In this document: in pieces, positions 26,929 through 35,947 of the stretch
How the letters are laid out: the number at the start of each line of letters is the position of its first letter
Position numbering within the stretch: position 1 is the stretch's first letter
Source: Escherichia phage QL01
Strand: one strand, 5' to 3'
Sequence record: NC_028847.1
DNA: 64,000 nt
Made by a program: the position numbers and the translations under genes
Notes under the pieces: model-generated
What the model was told of the DNA's origin: nothing
Database searches by the model: none
Seen by the model: only the letters and a program-made list of their open reading frames with translations

Positions 26929-27327
26929 TTATTTATAGGTCTTCATCCAATTCTTGAACAAAGCCGCGACGTCTTTCTCTTTAACGTTCAGTTTAATGTC
27001 CAACATTTTACCACCCGCTGCTCTGGTTTGGCGAATCTTAGCAGTACCGGTTTCGCCATTCCACTCAACATAATACTGTCCAGTGTTCATTGCAATACCA
27101 TCACCGTAGTCTTCATTTTTAGAAGTGGTGAATGCTAGCTTCATAGTCTTAGATACACGAGCCTGCATGCCTGTCTGAAGGGCATTACGAACGCGAATAA
27201 CCTGAGGAGTGGCCTGGGTCAAGTTCTCATTCAGTTCTTCAGTGAACTCTTCAGATTCAAACATCGCCAAAAGTTCTTTAGATGCAGGAATTACATTCTC
27301 TGCGATAAATTCATTATAAGTTTTCAT
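26929..27327 (-). CDS. internal protein with capsid-targeting sequence
   Basis: Begins [12 protein letters not shown]; 132 aa; start overlaps end of gene e. Confidence 0.65.
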   Translation of the reverse strand: MKTYNEFIAENVIPASKELLAMFESEEFTEELNENLTQATPQVIRVRNALQTGMQARVSKTMKLAFTTSKNEDYGDGIAMNTGQYYVEWNGETGTAKIRQTRAAGGKMLDIKLNVKEKDVAALFKNWMKTYK

Positions 27328-27808
27328 ATGCTTTCCAAGTACCTGTTTTAAATGTTGAAATCACGCGCTTAGCACGATTAGGAGTTTGTTTATACCAACG
27401 GGATTGAGCCAGGTTAACTGCCGCATCGTTCCAACGTTTCTGTTGGAGCATACGTAAAGAGTTAGTGAACCCTGCTACGCCTGCTTCACCCATTTGGAAG
27501 ACCATGTTAATTAAAGCACAACGACGAACTTCGTCCAGTACATCATAAACAGGTTTCAATTTAGGATTACGCAGAATAGCTCTACGAGCATTTTCAACCG
27601 ATTGGTTAAAGAGTTGTTCAGCTTCAGCCATAGTAATACGACCATTACAAACTCGACCCATAAGCTTATCAAGTTCAGCACGAGCAACATCTTTAGAAGG
27701 GTTCTTAGTAATCAATTGGCCAATACCAATAGTCCAATAACCTTCAGTGTCTTTATAAAGATTTAAATCAAGACCTTCGTCTTGACGTAACATATCAAAA
27801 ATATCCAT
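27314..27808 (-). CDS. e: endolysin (T4 lysozyme e family)
   Basis: 164 aa, colinear with T4 lysozyme; catalytic E11/D20/T26 equivalents in [30 protein letters not shown]. Confidence 0.95.
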   Translation of the reverse strand: MDIFDMLRQDEGLDLNLYKDTEGYWTIGIGQLITKNPSKDVARAELDKLMGRVCNGRITMAEAEQLFNQSVENARRAILRNPKLKPVYDVLDEVRRCALINMVFQMGEAGVAGFTNSLRMLQQKRWNDAAVNLAQSRWYKQTPNRAKRVISTFKTGTWKAYENL

Positions 27809-27810
27809 AA

Positions 27811-27832
27811 TACCTCCTGAGTATAGGAGGTA
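27811..27832 (-). promoter_or_regulatory. SD-sequestering hairpin in endolysin leader (CCUCCU-loop-AGGAGG)
   Basis: Plus-strand tacctcct gagtat aggaggta: perfect 8-bp IR; the minus-strand AGGAGG arm is the SD 3 nt before ATG 27808. Confidence 0.6.
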
Positions 27833-27838
27833 TTTATA
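27831..27838 (-). promoter_or_regulatory. late promoter TATAAATA positioned to start transcription inside the endolysin hairpin
   Basis: Plus-strand tatttata at 27831-27838; same arrangement as described for T4 gene e. Confidence 0.55.
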
Positions 27839-28288
27839 TCAAAAGAGCGAATCTAAAACCTTAAACATCGACGGGCCCATGACATATTCCCATTGCGGAC
27901 GTTTAATCAAAGCGAACGCATCGAATTCAGGAATAGTACGACCATCAGGGAACGTATGGTAAGCCGTACATTTGCAATCCTTGAACTGCTCGTGTTCCAC
28001 AGGCACTGTATATAAGAACAGATGTAGATTCTTATTGCTTGAATATTTGAACTCACCTAGGTCTTTCAGGAACGCAGGATCGTATGCTGTGAATCCAATC
28101 TCTTCTTCGGTTTCGCGCATTGCCGCTTGAATGGGCTCTTCGCCTGGTTCGACATGACCCTTAGGAATGTCCCATTTATGACGCATATTCTCTGGATTAC
28201 GAGAGCCTGTTACACGGCCCATGACCAGTTCTTTATCAACGGTCATGAATAAAATACCGGCAGATAGTTCTTTCACTTTCTTACTCAT
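27839..28288 (-). CDS. nudE: Nudix hydrolase NudE
   Basis: Nudix box GHVEPGEEPIQAAMRETEEEIGF; start set at MSKKVKEL (internal Met of ORF 27839..28393); ~150 aa as in T4. Confidence 0.85.
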   Translation of the reverse strand: MSKKVKELSAGILFMTVDKELVMGRVTGSRNPENMRHKWDIPKGHVEPGEEPIQAAMRETEEEIGFTAYDPAFLKDLGEFKYSSNKNLHLFLYTVPVEHEQFKDCKCTAYHTFPDGRTIPEFDAFALIKRPQWEYVMGPSMFKVLDSLF

Positions 28289-28517
28289 CGTCTCGTTCCC
28301 ATGATTGTTTAAAAATATCTTGCATAATAATTTGAAGTCTATTTTCTGATGATGGACTTTCACTATCAGACACTTGAAGCATATAGTCACCAATAGGACA
28401 GAACATATCCATATCGCTTTCTAAGTCTTCTTTAATTTTCTCTTCTGATGTTCCGGTATCATAGGAATACAGGTAAGAATCACATGACTCAGATTTAATA
28501 TAAATTGCAATACTCAT
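28281..28517 (-). CDS. hypothetical acidic protein
   Basis: 78-aa ORF. Confidence 0.35.
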   Translation of the reverse strand: MSIAIYIKSESCDSYLYSYDTGTSEEKIKEDLESDMDMFCPIGDYMLQVSDSESPSSENRLQIIMQDIFKQSWERDDE

Positions 28518-29107
28518 TTACGGCATTCCTCAATAAACTCATTTAAATTCTGTTTGATTTTACCTTCGTCGTAAAGACGTTGTTGACGACGTAAACGCCA
28601 TGGCATTTCAATAGCCAAGCACCAAATACTTAAAGCAGCGCCAGCGGCGGCAAGGTTCATTAATCCAGCGCCAATAATAGTTCGTTCTAGCGCATCATTC
28701 CAGTTGGCATCGATTAAAAATGAACTCAGCACTAACATTGGAAGTAAAGTAATAAAATACGCTACAACATATCGTCCGAACGTAAGCCATTCAGTATCAA
28801 TGAGCCTGGCCTTTCCATCTTGGAGACAAATATACTTATCGTCAGTGCGAGTGATTTTCTTTACTGGTTGCCAGCCGTTTACAATATAGCCCATTTTATA
28901 TTCCTCAATTAAAAGCTGTTTCATTTCGGCAGTACAACCTGACCAATCTATTGTACTGGCTGAAATTCCTTCATCACCATCATCAATATTTCGCCAGGAC
29001 TTTTTAATAATCATAGTCTCACCACTTGGGATAATAATTCCAGCATTTTCCGACCGACGGATGAAGTTTGTATCAATACCCATACAACCAGGTTCATAAA
29101 GGGCCAT
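28514..29107 (-). CDS. hypothetical membrane protein (C-terminal TM segments)
   Basis: 197 aa; hydrophobic segments in C-terminal half. Confidence 0.4.
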   Translation of the reverse strand: MALYEPGCMGIDTNFIRRSENAGIIIPSGETMIIKKSWRNIDDGDEGISASTIDWSGCTAEMKQLLIEEYKMGYIVNGWQPVKKITRTDDKYICLQDGKARLIDTEWLTFGRYVVAYFITLLPMLVLSSFLIDANWNDALERTIIGAGLMNLAAAGAALSIWCLAIEMPWRLRRQQRLYDEGKIKQNLNEFIEECRK

Positions 29108-29793
29108 TACCAGCCCTCCATAGGGAATTCCAGATATACTTGAGCATTAACGCGGATTTCATTTGTAATCTTTTTAACACGGTCTGTATTACGAGACACA
29201 CGACCAAACCAGCGCCACCCGTTACTTACTGCACGAGAACCTGTATGCCATGTTTGCCAATCAAACTGGAGTAACGTGCGGTCAGGAGCATCCCACTTGG
29301 TTAATTCATTGGACTCAATTTTTTCCAGAACTTCTTTATGCCACTGGCGATAGATAAGTTCGCCTTCAGGAATCTGACTGAACTGTGCAGTTCCGGTTGC
29401 AAAATGAGTAGGACACACATCAGCGTTAACAAGACCAAGAATATGTTCAGAATGGTATCGAGGATTATCATAATCAGGTTGCCCTGCGGTAATAAAGTGT
29501 TGACCCACCGGAATATCCGGACGTGGTACATCATCATGGTGATAACCTGGGATAGCAGGATACCAGCCAGGCATTAACATGTGTACACGGGAATCAAATA
29601 CTACATCCGAGTCTTTCCAATCGTCAGGAAGATTTTGGATAAAGCTACGAGTAATTGGGCCGCCATTATCAAAAGCAAAATTCAAATCACAGTTAAAGAA
29701 CATAGGCTCGTTTTTAATCTGGTCGTTTTTAATTGCATGAGCAAAACCGCCTACTGCACGAGCTTGACTATTAAACACTTTAGAACTATTCAT
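29107..29793 (-). CDS. hypothetical protein (His/Asp-rich, possible metal-dependent enzyme)
   Basis: 228-aa ORF with SD GAGGAAA; no confident motif. Confidence 0.4.
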   Translation of the reverse strand: MNSSKVFNSQARAVGGFAHAIKNDQIKNEPMFFNCDLNFAFDNGGPITRSFIQNLPDDWKDSDVVFDSRVHMLMPGWYPAIPGYHHDDVPRPDIPVGQHFITAGQPDYDNPRYHSEHILGLVNADVCPTHFATGTAQFSQIPEGELIYRQWHKEVLEKIESNELTKWDAPDRTLLQFDWQTWHTGSRAVSNGWRWFGRVSRNTDRVKKITNEIRVNAQVYLEFPMEGW

Positions 29794-29807
29794 AATATTT
29801 TCCTCAC

Positions 29808-30020
29808 TTACTTTTTGTTGAAAAAGTACATTTTACCTTTAGGGGATAAGGATACACGAAGTGCGTTACCAATACCAACTGAACATTTAACCAGGTCAGC
29901 AGATTTCAATTCACCAAATGCTTGACGAAGGTCACCGTCACGAGTGTTAACCATCAGGCATTTAGCACCAGCTGCACGAACTTCGTTTAACATGTTGATT
30001 GCTTGGTTAGAAAGTTTCAT
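29808..30020 (-). CDS. hypothetical small protein (start MKLSNQ)
   Basis: Internal start preceded by GGAGAA SD and promoter cassette. Confidence 0.4.
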   Translation of the reverse strand: MKLSNQAINMLNEVRAAGAKCLMVNTRDGDLRQAFGELKSADLVKCSVGIGNALRVSLSPKGKMYFFNKK

Positions 30021-30086
30021 TTTATTCTCCATTTCACTCTGTTGTTTTGATAGGTCTATAGTATCACACCTATAGACCTTGTACAC
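30021..30086 (-). promoter_or_regulatory. PeSL-like early promoter cassette (core; IR AGGTCTATAG/CTATAGACCT flanking -10)
   Basis: Core 30046-30065; -35 variant GTGTAC (plus gtacac 30081-30086). Confidence 0.55.
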
Positions 30087-30098
30087 TGTTTTGTGCAA

Positions 30099-31058
30099 TT
30101 ATTTTTCGAAAGGACGAATTAAATGTTGGTTACGCTTAAACCGTTCAATGTAGTCGTTTTCACCTAAAGTCTTATACATATTCACTACAGCTTGGTAGTT
30201 TTCCCATGCATAAGTGCGGAACCAACCTGAAGTGATTGAGGTGCACACTTTCTCAAGGGCCATATAGAAACTTAATGATGGTGAAATATTGAAGTCATTA
30301 GGAACCTGTGAACGTTCTAGTGCCAGGACACAAGTTTCTTCATACACACCAGCCAGTTTAATAGCTTCAGGCAAAGCCTCGAACTTCTCACGAGAGGTCA
30401 TGACTTCAGAACCTTCCTTCATATAAAAGGTATATGCAGGGCGCCCTGCCAATGCCACTGCTTCATGAATAGAGTCATGGTCCAGCGTATAAATGGTATC
30501 ATTAAAGAACGATGATTTGTTTACGTCCAATTTAGGGTGAGAATAGCTCAACGTTTCTTTTTGACGTTGCAGCATAATTTCCTGGAGTTCTTCGTTAAGG
30601 GTGATACCTTTATTACGAAGGTATTTGATGTGTGACATAGTTTTCAAGAAGAACGGATTATTCTTAAGGAAACGATGAGAGGTTTTGATAGCCAGACAGA
30701 TATCAGGGGTGGCCCAATAGAAACCAGTAAGACGGTCCTTTTTAATATGATTTTCAGCATATTTCAGGAGACGATAGCTTGAAGTGAAATCTTCGTCTTG
30801 AAGCTCACCGGTAATTTCTCGTACGTTAGTCAGAGCACGAACGATATAAGCTTCAAAATAGGTTTCTTTACCATTATGCATACATTTGAAAGCCTGGACA
30901 TCAGGATTGTCAACGTGTACATGGGCGCCGAACATACGTGCTTTAAAGTGATTCCATGAGCCTTGGTCGGCAATGAAATCCCAATCAGAATTTTCGATAT
31001 GCTTACTTTCAATCAGACCAGCGTGGTGCAGTGCACGAGAACCAATAACTAACATCAT
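30099..31058 (-). CDS. hypothetical protein (start MMLVIGSRALHHAG)
   Basis: ~319 aa; SD GAGGAAA; no recognised motif. Confidence 0.45.
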   Translation of the reverse strand: MMLVIGSRALHHAGLIESKHIENSDWDFIADQGSWNHFKARMFGAHVHVDNPDVQAFKCMHNGKETYFEAYIVRALTNVREITGELQDEDFTSSYRLLKYAENHIKKDRLTGFYWATPDICLAIKTSHRFLKNNPFFLKTMSHIKYLRNKGITLNEELQEIMLQRQKETLSYSHPKLDVNKSSFFNDTIYTLDHDSIHEAVALAGRPAYTFYMKEGSEVMTSREKFEALPEAIKLAGVYEETCVLALERSQVPNDFNISPSLSFYMALEKVCTSITSGWFRTYAWENYQAVVNMYKTLGENDYIERFKRNQHLIRPFEK

Positions 31059-31077
31059 AATATTTTCCTCAGTAAAC

Positions 31078-31317
31078 TTAAATTTCAGCGACGTAATCGT
31101 TATGCAATTCCCACATATCATCAGAATTATTCTTAATGATAGGAATTATCTCATTAGAGATTTCTTCAGCATAAGGGTCATTGATACAGTGGGCATCTTC
31201 AAAACGAACACCGTAATCAGACTTCTTATAAGAGAAGCCATAAATCTTTTTAAACTTGGCGCGAGTAATGCGTACCGGTTCATTAGACTTATCGGACATC
31301 GGAGCGTAATACCACAT
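31078..31317 (-). CDS. hypothetical protein
   Basis: 79-aa ORF with upstream early promoter. Confidence 0.4.
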   Translation of the reverse strand: MWYYAPMSDKSNEPVRITRAKFKKIYGFSYKKSDYGVRFEDAHCINDPYAEEISNEIIPIIKNNSDDMWELHNDYVAEI

Positions 31318-31370
31318 ATGTTCTCCTCATGTTTGTGTAGGGTAATAGTAACATGATTTTCTAGAGTTGT
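31318..31370 (-). promoter_or_regulatory. T4-type early promoter (TGTACA -35-like, TGtTACTAT extended -10)
   Basis: Minus strand ...ATGTACAACTCTAGAAAATCATGTTACTAT...GAGGAGAACATATG. Confidence 0.4.
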
Positions 31371-31690
31371 ACATCACTTCTGCAATATTCTAAAAATAAT
31401 TTATCATTGTCTACTGTATCCCAACGACGCCAAGACGGGTTCCAGACCAAAGCGTTGTCACCACAATCATTGAGCTTAAAATGGTCGTAGTACATAGCTA
31501 TGTGTCTAGTCTCGTCACCAGAGAACCCCAGTATAGGCTCACCGCGGGTGTGATACATATGATGGTGCATTGAGAGGTCGCATTTGTAAAACATCTCACG
31601 TTTACCACGAACGAACAAGAAGGCCTGTCCATTCATATAGAATTCTTTATTTGTTTTCAAAAGATATTTGAATACTGAATCTTTATGCAT
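31361..31690 (-). CDS. hypothetical His-rich protein (start MHKDSVF)
   Basis: Internal start with AGGAGG SD; HHHMYH cluster. Confidence 0.4.
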   Translation of the reverse strand: MHKDSVFKYLLKTNKEFYMNGQAFLFVRGKREMFYKCDLSMHHHMYHTRGEPILGFSGDETRHIAMYYDHFKLNDCGDNALVWNPSWRRWDTVDNDKLFLEYCRSDVQL

Positions 31691-31720
31691 AAGTCCTCCT
31701 ACCACATCCATGTGGTTAAA

Positions 31721-31948
31721 TTATTTTCCTAACGAAATACGAGTAGGTTTTTTACCGAAATAGTCTTCATAAGAACCATCTAAACGACCTGCTTTAGACC
31801 GACAATATGAATCGTACTTTTTGTAATAAGTCATCTCAGTATTATAACGCGGGTGTCTATCAGCCATAATAATACTTAACGGCCAACCTTTGGCATAATC
31901 GCGAAGACCATTTATTTTACGAATGTATCTTTTCTTTAATTTTAGCAT
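31721..31948 (-). CDS. hypothetical basic protein
   Basis: 75-aa ORF; start overlaps stop of upstream paralog. Confidence 0.4.
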   Translation of the reverse strand: MLKLKKRYIRKINGLRDYAKGWPLSIIMADRHPRYNTEMTYYKKYDSYCRSKAGRLDGSYEDYFGKKPTRISLGK

Positions 31949-32166
31949 GAGCTCGGATACCAGATTTTACCATCGGCCTGAGCAACGAAGGTGCGACCAG
32001 CTTCTTCGCCATAACACGAGCTATTCAGCCAATCTTCGAGACGAACTTCACCGTCATAATCGTCGAGCTCAACACCAAAACTTTGAGCAGAAGCCATATC
32101 TTTTACTTTCTTATACAGTGCAGCCAGTTCAAGTGCAGCTTTTTCTAATTCATTAATATCAGACAT
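31942..32166 (-). CDS. small acidic protein, paralog family member 1 (C-terminal W-Y-P-S-S-C)
   Basis: 74 aa; ends GKIWYPSSC. Confidence 0.5.
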   Translation of the reverse strand: MSDINELEKAALELAALYKKVKDMASAQSFGVELDDYDGEVRLEDWLNSSCYGEEAGRTFVAQADGKIWYPSSC

Positions 32167-32177
32167 TTTTTATCACC

Positions 32178-32390
32178 TTAGCAAGACATAGAGGATGTAA
32201 ACCAGAAACCTTCACCTTCCGGAATACCGTAGTCATCACGGACCCATTCGTAATCATCATATTCCGGGTTCTTTGGAGAAATGTATTCTCCACGACCAGA
32301 AACACGGAACTCTTCACCCGTTTCGTCAGCCACAGACTGGCCTTTACGTACTAATTCACGGATTTGGTTTTCAATTTCATCAATAGTCAT
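32178..32390 (-). CDS. small acidic protein, paralog family member 2 (C-terminal W-F-T-S-S-M-S-C)
   Basis: 70 aa; ends GFWFTSSMSC; stop embedded in TAAGG SD of next gene. Confidence 0.5.
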   Translation of the reverse strand: MTIDEIENQIRELVRKGQSVADETGEEFRVSGRGEYISPKNPEYDDYEWVRDDYGIPEGEGFWFTSSMSC

Positions 32391-32399
32391 TTTATTTCC

Positions 32400-32681
32400 T
32401 TAACATTCAGAAGAAGAGGACACCCAACCACCATTTTCTAGGCTGGTAGTGTAATCATGTTGGTTTACAATAGCGTACTGAGCTTCACCGTATTCTTCCC
32501 AGTGGGCAAGGTCGGCTTTCAAGGCGCCAGGAGAATAATAGTCACCGCCCATACCGCGAGCAGGGTATATATTAAAATGAGTCTCATATTTGTTTGCAAT
32601 TTCCTCGGCACGACGAATAGCTTTATGGATATCATTTACTGCTTCAGCCAATTCTTTATTTTTATGGTAATCATTCATCAT
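32400..32681 (-). CDS. small acidic protein, paralog family member 3 (C-terminal W-V-S-S-S-S-E-C)
   Basis: 93 aa; ends GGWVSSSSEC. Confidence 0.5.
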   Translation of the reverse strand: MMNDYHKNKELAEAVNDIHKAIRRAEEIANKYETHFNIYPARGMGGDYYSPGALKADLAHWEEYGEAQYAIVNQHDYTTSLENGGWVSSSSEC

Positions 32682-32690
32682 AGCGTTTCC

Positions 32691-32981
32691 TTAGCACATT
32701 GCCGAAGAGGAGATCCAAGCACCAACTGTAACGACGCCATTTTCAACTTCACCACCGTTGTTTTCAATTTCATCTTTAAACCACTGGGAGCATTCATAAC
32801 CGACAGGATAATATGTACGGCCTGAACCATAATCACCAGTACCGAATTGGATACCATACTTATCGGCAATAGCTTCACATTCATGTTCGATGGTATTCAC
32901 TTTATTCAGAAGAGCATAGATAGCCTTTTCTGCAGATTTCTCGTCATTGTGTTCCGGGATTTCAATTTCAATTTTATTCAT
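32691..32981 (-). CDS. small acidic protein, paralog family member 4 (C-terminal W-I-S-S-S-A-M-C)
   Basis: 96 aa; ends GAWISSSAMC. Confidence 0.5.
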   Translation of the reverse strand: MNKIEIEIPEHNDEKSAEKAIYALLNKVNTIEHECEAIADKYGIQFGTGDYGSGRTYYPVGYECSQWFKDEIENNGGEVENGVVTVGAWISSSAMC

Positions 32982-33331
32982 GATTTACATTCCTTAATAA
33001 AGGTTTCAAGGTCATTACGTTTAGTTTGTTTTACATACTCATTATAATTAGCCATAGCTAAAGCATATCTCTTTTTACGTGGCTTGTTTATTTTATTAGT
33101 TTGGGCAATATCAAAGACCCATGGGATAAAAAATCCTATTAAAGCCGGAACCCAAATCCATGCAAGGCTCATATCTTCAAACGGATGGCGAGGCATACCA
33201 TTAATAATCCCACCGACAAGAAATCCAATTATCCCTGCAGTCATACTAGTAGCAATGCCGAGGAATAAGGAAATAGCTATATCATAATCTGCTAATGCGT
33301 AACCAGGGTCGGTTTTACTAGGCTTATGCAT
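32978..33331 (-). CDS. hypothetical membrane protein (2 TM; start MHKPSK)
   Basis: Internal start with AAGAGG SD; two long hydrophobic segments. Confidence 0.45.
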   Translation of the reverse strand: MHKPSKTDPGYALADYDIAISLFLGIATSMTAGIIGFLVGGIINGMPRHPFEDMSLAWIWVPALIGFFIPWVFDIAQTNKINKPRKKRYALAMANYNEYVKQTKRNDLETFIKECKS

Positions 33332-33788
33332 TTTGAACCTCTTTAGCGTATTCGCGACATTCAGTAATAAAACGATTAAGTTTACGTTGTTGTTTACGAA
33401 TCTCTGATGTATACTCATTGGCTAAAATAATAAGCTCATCTTTATCGTAATTTTTAATATCCGAATAACTCGGGCGGCGGTCGACCATACCAAAGTGGTC
33501 ACCATTTTCTAACATCAAATAGCATACTAAATGGTAATCATCGTCGGCATCAACAAGCTGTTTATAATCGCTTGGTTCATTTAAAGAGTATACTGAATAG
33601 CGTAGCTCAGCTAAAGCAAAGATAAAGGGTAATTTGGTAGTATGCTCACGGCTAGATGTTCTGCTTAAGAAATCGTTTGAATAGCCTAGGTCTTGGCGAA
33701 TTCTATAAAGAACTGAATTGGTTTCATGGGAAAGACCACTATTTTTAAACCAATCAATATTTGATATCAGGTCGTCGTATAAACTCAT
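33324..33788 (-). CDS. hypothetical protein
   Basis: 154-aa ORF. Confidence 0.45.
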   Translation of the reverse strand: MSLYDDLISNIDWFKNSGLSHETNSVLYRIRQDLGYSNDFLSRTSSREHTTKLPFIFALAELRYSVYSLNEPSDYKQLVDADDDYHLVCYLMLENGDHFGMVDRRPSYSDIKNYDKDELIILANEYTSEIRKQQRKLNRFITECREYAKEVQNA

Positions 33789-33804
33789 AATATTCTCCTC
33801 TCCT

Positions 33805-33829
33805 CCAAATAGGGAGACCGAAGTCTCCC
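33805..33829 (-). terminator. UUCG-loop hairpin (GGGAGAC-UUCG-GUCUCCC) after gene 33837..34430; weak U-tract
   Basis: Plus-strand gggagaccgaagtctccc; may be partial terminator or RNA-stability element. Confidence 0.4.
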
Positions 33830-33836
33830 GGTAACA

Positions 33837-34430
33837 TTACTTAAGTGAATTAATGTAGTCTTCGATATCAGCAGAAGTCGTATCCATTCCAACTTGCGGG
33901 CCTTTAAACGTTTCTACGCGCAGTAGGGTGTCTTCAATATCAATCTTGGTCAGTGCAGCGATTTCAACAACATCGTCGGCAGTAGCAATACCAAGGGCAG
34001 CCATATTACGAGTTTCACGGATGTACTCGAGCTTAACAGCCAGTTCCTGACGAGAGTCATCAAGTTCCTTAACCTTCAGTTTAATTTCATTACGCATTTC
34101 GATATAATCATCGGCTTTCTTCCGAAGCTGAGTAGCTGTACGACGATAAAGGAGACCGAGTTTAGCATGTACCTGGACATCAGAGCCTTCGGCAATCAGT
34201 TTACGAATTTCACGTTCTTTAGAAGCAGCGAGCTGGTCCTTTTCATTAGCCAAAGCACGAATACGTTTTTCTTCATTCACAGACTTAACATGAGCAGTCT
34301 GGAGTTCAGTGATTTTATCAATCAGAGTAGAAGCAGCTTTGGTGTATTGGTCTTCGATTGACAGGTTCTGAGTCATTGCGGTGCCCAGTTTAGAACGAAT
34401 GAATTCAACGATTTTCTTTAAAGTGTTCAT
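33837..34430 (-). CDS. hypothetical coiled-coil protein
   Basis: 197 aa, almost entirely heptad-like. Confidence 0.45.
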   Translation of the reverse strand: MNTLKKIVEFIRSKLGTAMTQNLSIEDQYTKAASTLIDKITELQTAHVKSVNEEKRIRALANEKDQLAASKEREIRKLIAEGSDVQVHAKLGLLYRRTATQLRKKADDYIEMRNEIKLKVKELDDSRQELAVKLEYIRETRNMAALGIATADDVVEIAALTKIDIEDTLLRVETFKGPQVGMDTTSADIEDYINSLK

Positions 34431-34503
34431 AGTATTTCCTTCAGTTGGTTAACGTTTTGTAATCCATGAGGACATTATACCCTGTCCTCTGAGGTTTGTA
34501 AAC
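34431..34503 (-). promoter_or_regulatory. T4-type early promoter (GTTTAC-17 nt-TATAAT) with IR GAGGACA/TGTCCTC flanking -10
   Basis: gtaaac 34498-34503; arms 34468-34474 and 34483-34489. Confidence 0.5.
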
Positions 34504-34506
34504 ATT

Positions 34507-34905
34507 TTATTTCATTTTTGCGAGGCAGATTTCATTGGCTTCCCATTGAGCTTGCTTAATAATAGCTTTGGATACAGGAACCCTTTGGCCATAAGTTTTT
34601 GATGTTGAGAGAACAATATGTTTGTTTGCTTCATTATGCCAGCCCCATGATTTTTCGCCATGAGTACCTTTAACTACAGCTGACACCTCAACAGAGCAAC
34701 CACCATCAGAAATCTTGGTTTCGACAACCCATTCATTTCTCTCGACAGCTTCAATTTCCAATCTAGTTTTTTCTTCATACATCGCGGCCCAATCAGTTTT
34801 TGCCAAGTTGAAAGCAAGAGCTTTCTCTAATTCTTTGGCATATTTTTGTTGTTCGGGTGTTAATGAATTATACAACTCTTGCATTTCTTTATCTTCGATA
34901 TTCAT
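34507..34905 (-). CDS. hypothetical protein
   Basis: 132-aa ORF. Confidence 0.45.
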   Translation of the reverse strand: MNIEDKEMQELYNSLTPEQQKYAKELEKALAFNLAKTDWAAMYEEKTRLEIEAVERNEWVVETKISDGGCSVEVSAVVKGTHGEKSWGWHNEANKHIVLSTSKTYGQRVPVSKAIIKQAQWEANEICLAKMK

Positions 34906-34961
34906 TATGTTCTCCTCAAATTATGGGGCTCATAATATCTTAATAATGAGCCCATGTAAAC
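34906..34961 (-). promoter_or_regulatory. T4-type early promoter (GTTTAC, TATTAT) with IR flanking -10
   Basis: gtaaac 34956-34961; near-palindrome atggggctcat / atgagcccat. Confidence 0.45.
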
Positions 34962-34964
34962 GTT

Positions 34965-35228
34965 TTATTTCATATTATTGAAATAATTTTCTGCATCAAA
35001 ATCACTACCATGGTAAACTTTGGTAGACGATTTGGCGTAACCTTCAGCTGAGAACATATTAATCACAACTTTAATTGTATACCACTGTCCATCTTCATTA
35101 CCCATTACTGCATAGGTTTCATACACCGGGTGTTCAGGACCGATAACCTTAATATCGTTAACTGTGGCACCAAATTCTTCCGGAACACATTTCATAAAGA
35201 AATTAAACACTTCACCATAATTATCCAT
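34965..35228 (-). CDS. hypothetical protein (start MDNYGEV)
   Basis: ATG start with AAGGAG SD; ORF-track start is a GTG 5 codons upstream. Confidence 0.4.
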   Translation of the reverse strand: MDNYGEVFNFFMKCVPEEFGATVNDIKVIGPEHPVYETYAVMGNEDGQWYTIKVVINMFSAEGYAKSSTKVYHGSDFDAENYFNNMK

Positions 35229-35292
35229 TTTACTCTCCTTCACTCTGTTGTTTTGATAGGTCTATAGTATCATGTTCTACGAAAGAGTAAAC
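35229..35292 (-). promoter_or_regulatory. PeSL-like early promoter cassette (core ttgataggtctatagtatca)
   Basis: Core 35253-35272; gtaaac 35287-35292. Confidence 0.6.
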
Positions 35293-35315
35293 ATCTTTTT
35301 TAAACCTTTTAGAAA

Positions 35316-35345
35316 CAAAAAAGGCCCAACCTTTCGGAAGGGCCT
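35316..35345 (-). terminator. intrinsic terminator (GGCCC...GNRA-loop...GGGCC plus U6)
   Basis: Plus-strand aaaaaaggcccaacctttcggaagggcct after gene end 35350. Confidence 0.55.
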
Positions 35346-35349
35346 AGAA

Positions 35350-35904
35350 TCAGTTCTTGTAGAACCGGAATGGGTTTATGTGGAAGGCTAACATAGCCTT
35401 AGGGATTTTACGAGACAAAAGGCTCTTAAGCTTCCAACCACAGTACACGCGAAGGTAAAAGGTAATCCCACCAACCTTAAGATATGGAACTGAAGCAAAT
35501 ACACCCCAGGCGTCGTCATTCCACATCCATAACCACCCGTGATGAGCTTTATCAGGAGAACCGGATTCCACGTCGGGATTACCTCGATAATGGAATTCCG
35601 AGCTACAATCACGACCGAGTTTATGGTAAGCAAAGTTATAAGCTTTATTTCGCCATAGCCAAGCTACTCTCTGAAGATAAACACCACCCGGCATTTTCCT
35701 GATGTTAGCCCAACGTTTAATATGACCTTTATCACCGTCAATTGGATTATCGTATGTCATCATCCAATCAAAGCCGTACGGTAATTTACCTGTCTTTTTA
35801 TTGTGGAAAGGAACCACAAATGGTGCAAGGATAACAGCCAGAACCATAGAGATAAAATCCAGTGGAACCAACAGAACCCAACTCAAATATTTTAAAAGTT
35901 TCAT
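35350..35904 (-). CDS. hypothetical membrane protein (N-terminal TM; start MKLLKYL)
   Basis: Internal Met directly after upstream terminator; ORF track extends to 36009 through the hairpin. Confidence 0.4.
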   Translation of the reverse strand: MKLLKYLSWVLLVPLDFISMVLAVILAPFVVPFHNKKTGKLPYGFDWMMTYDNPIDGDKGHIKRWANIRKMPGGVYLQRVAWLWRNKAYNFAYHKLGRDCSSEFHYRGNPDVESGSPDKAHHGWLWMWNDDAWGVFASVPYLKVGGITFYLRVYCGWKLKSLLSRKIPKAMLAFHINPFRFYKN

Positions 35905-35917
35905 ATATTTCTCTAAG

Positions 35918-35945
35918 TTAACCAAAAAGCCCCAGACGGGGCTTT
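35918..35945 (-). terminator. intrinsic terminator (AAAGCCCC-GUCU-GGGGCUUU plus U-tract)
   Basis: Perfect 8-bp stem directly after internal-protein gene stop at 35948. Confidence 0.55.
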
Positions 35946-35947
35946 CG

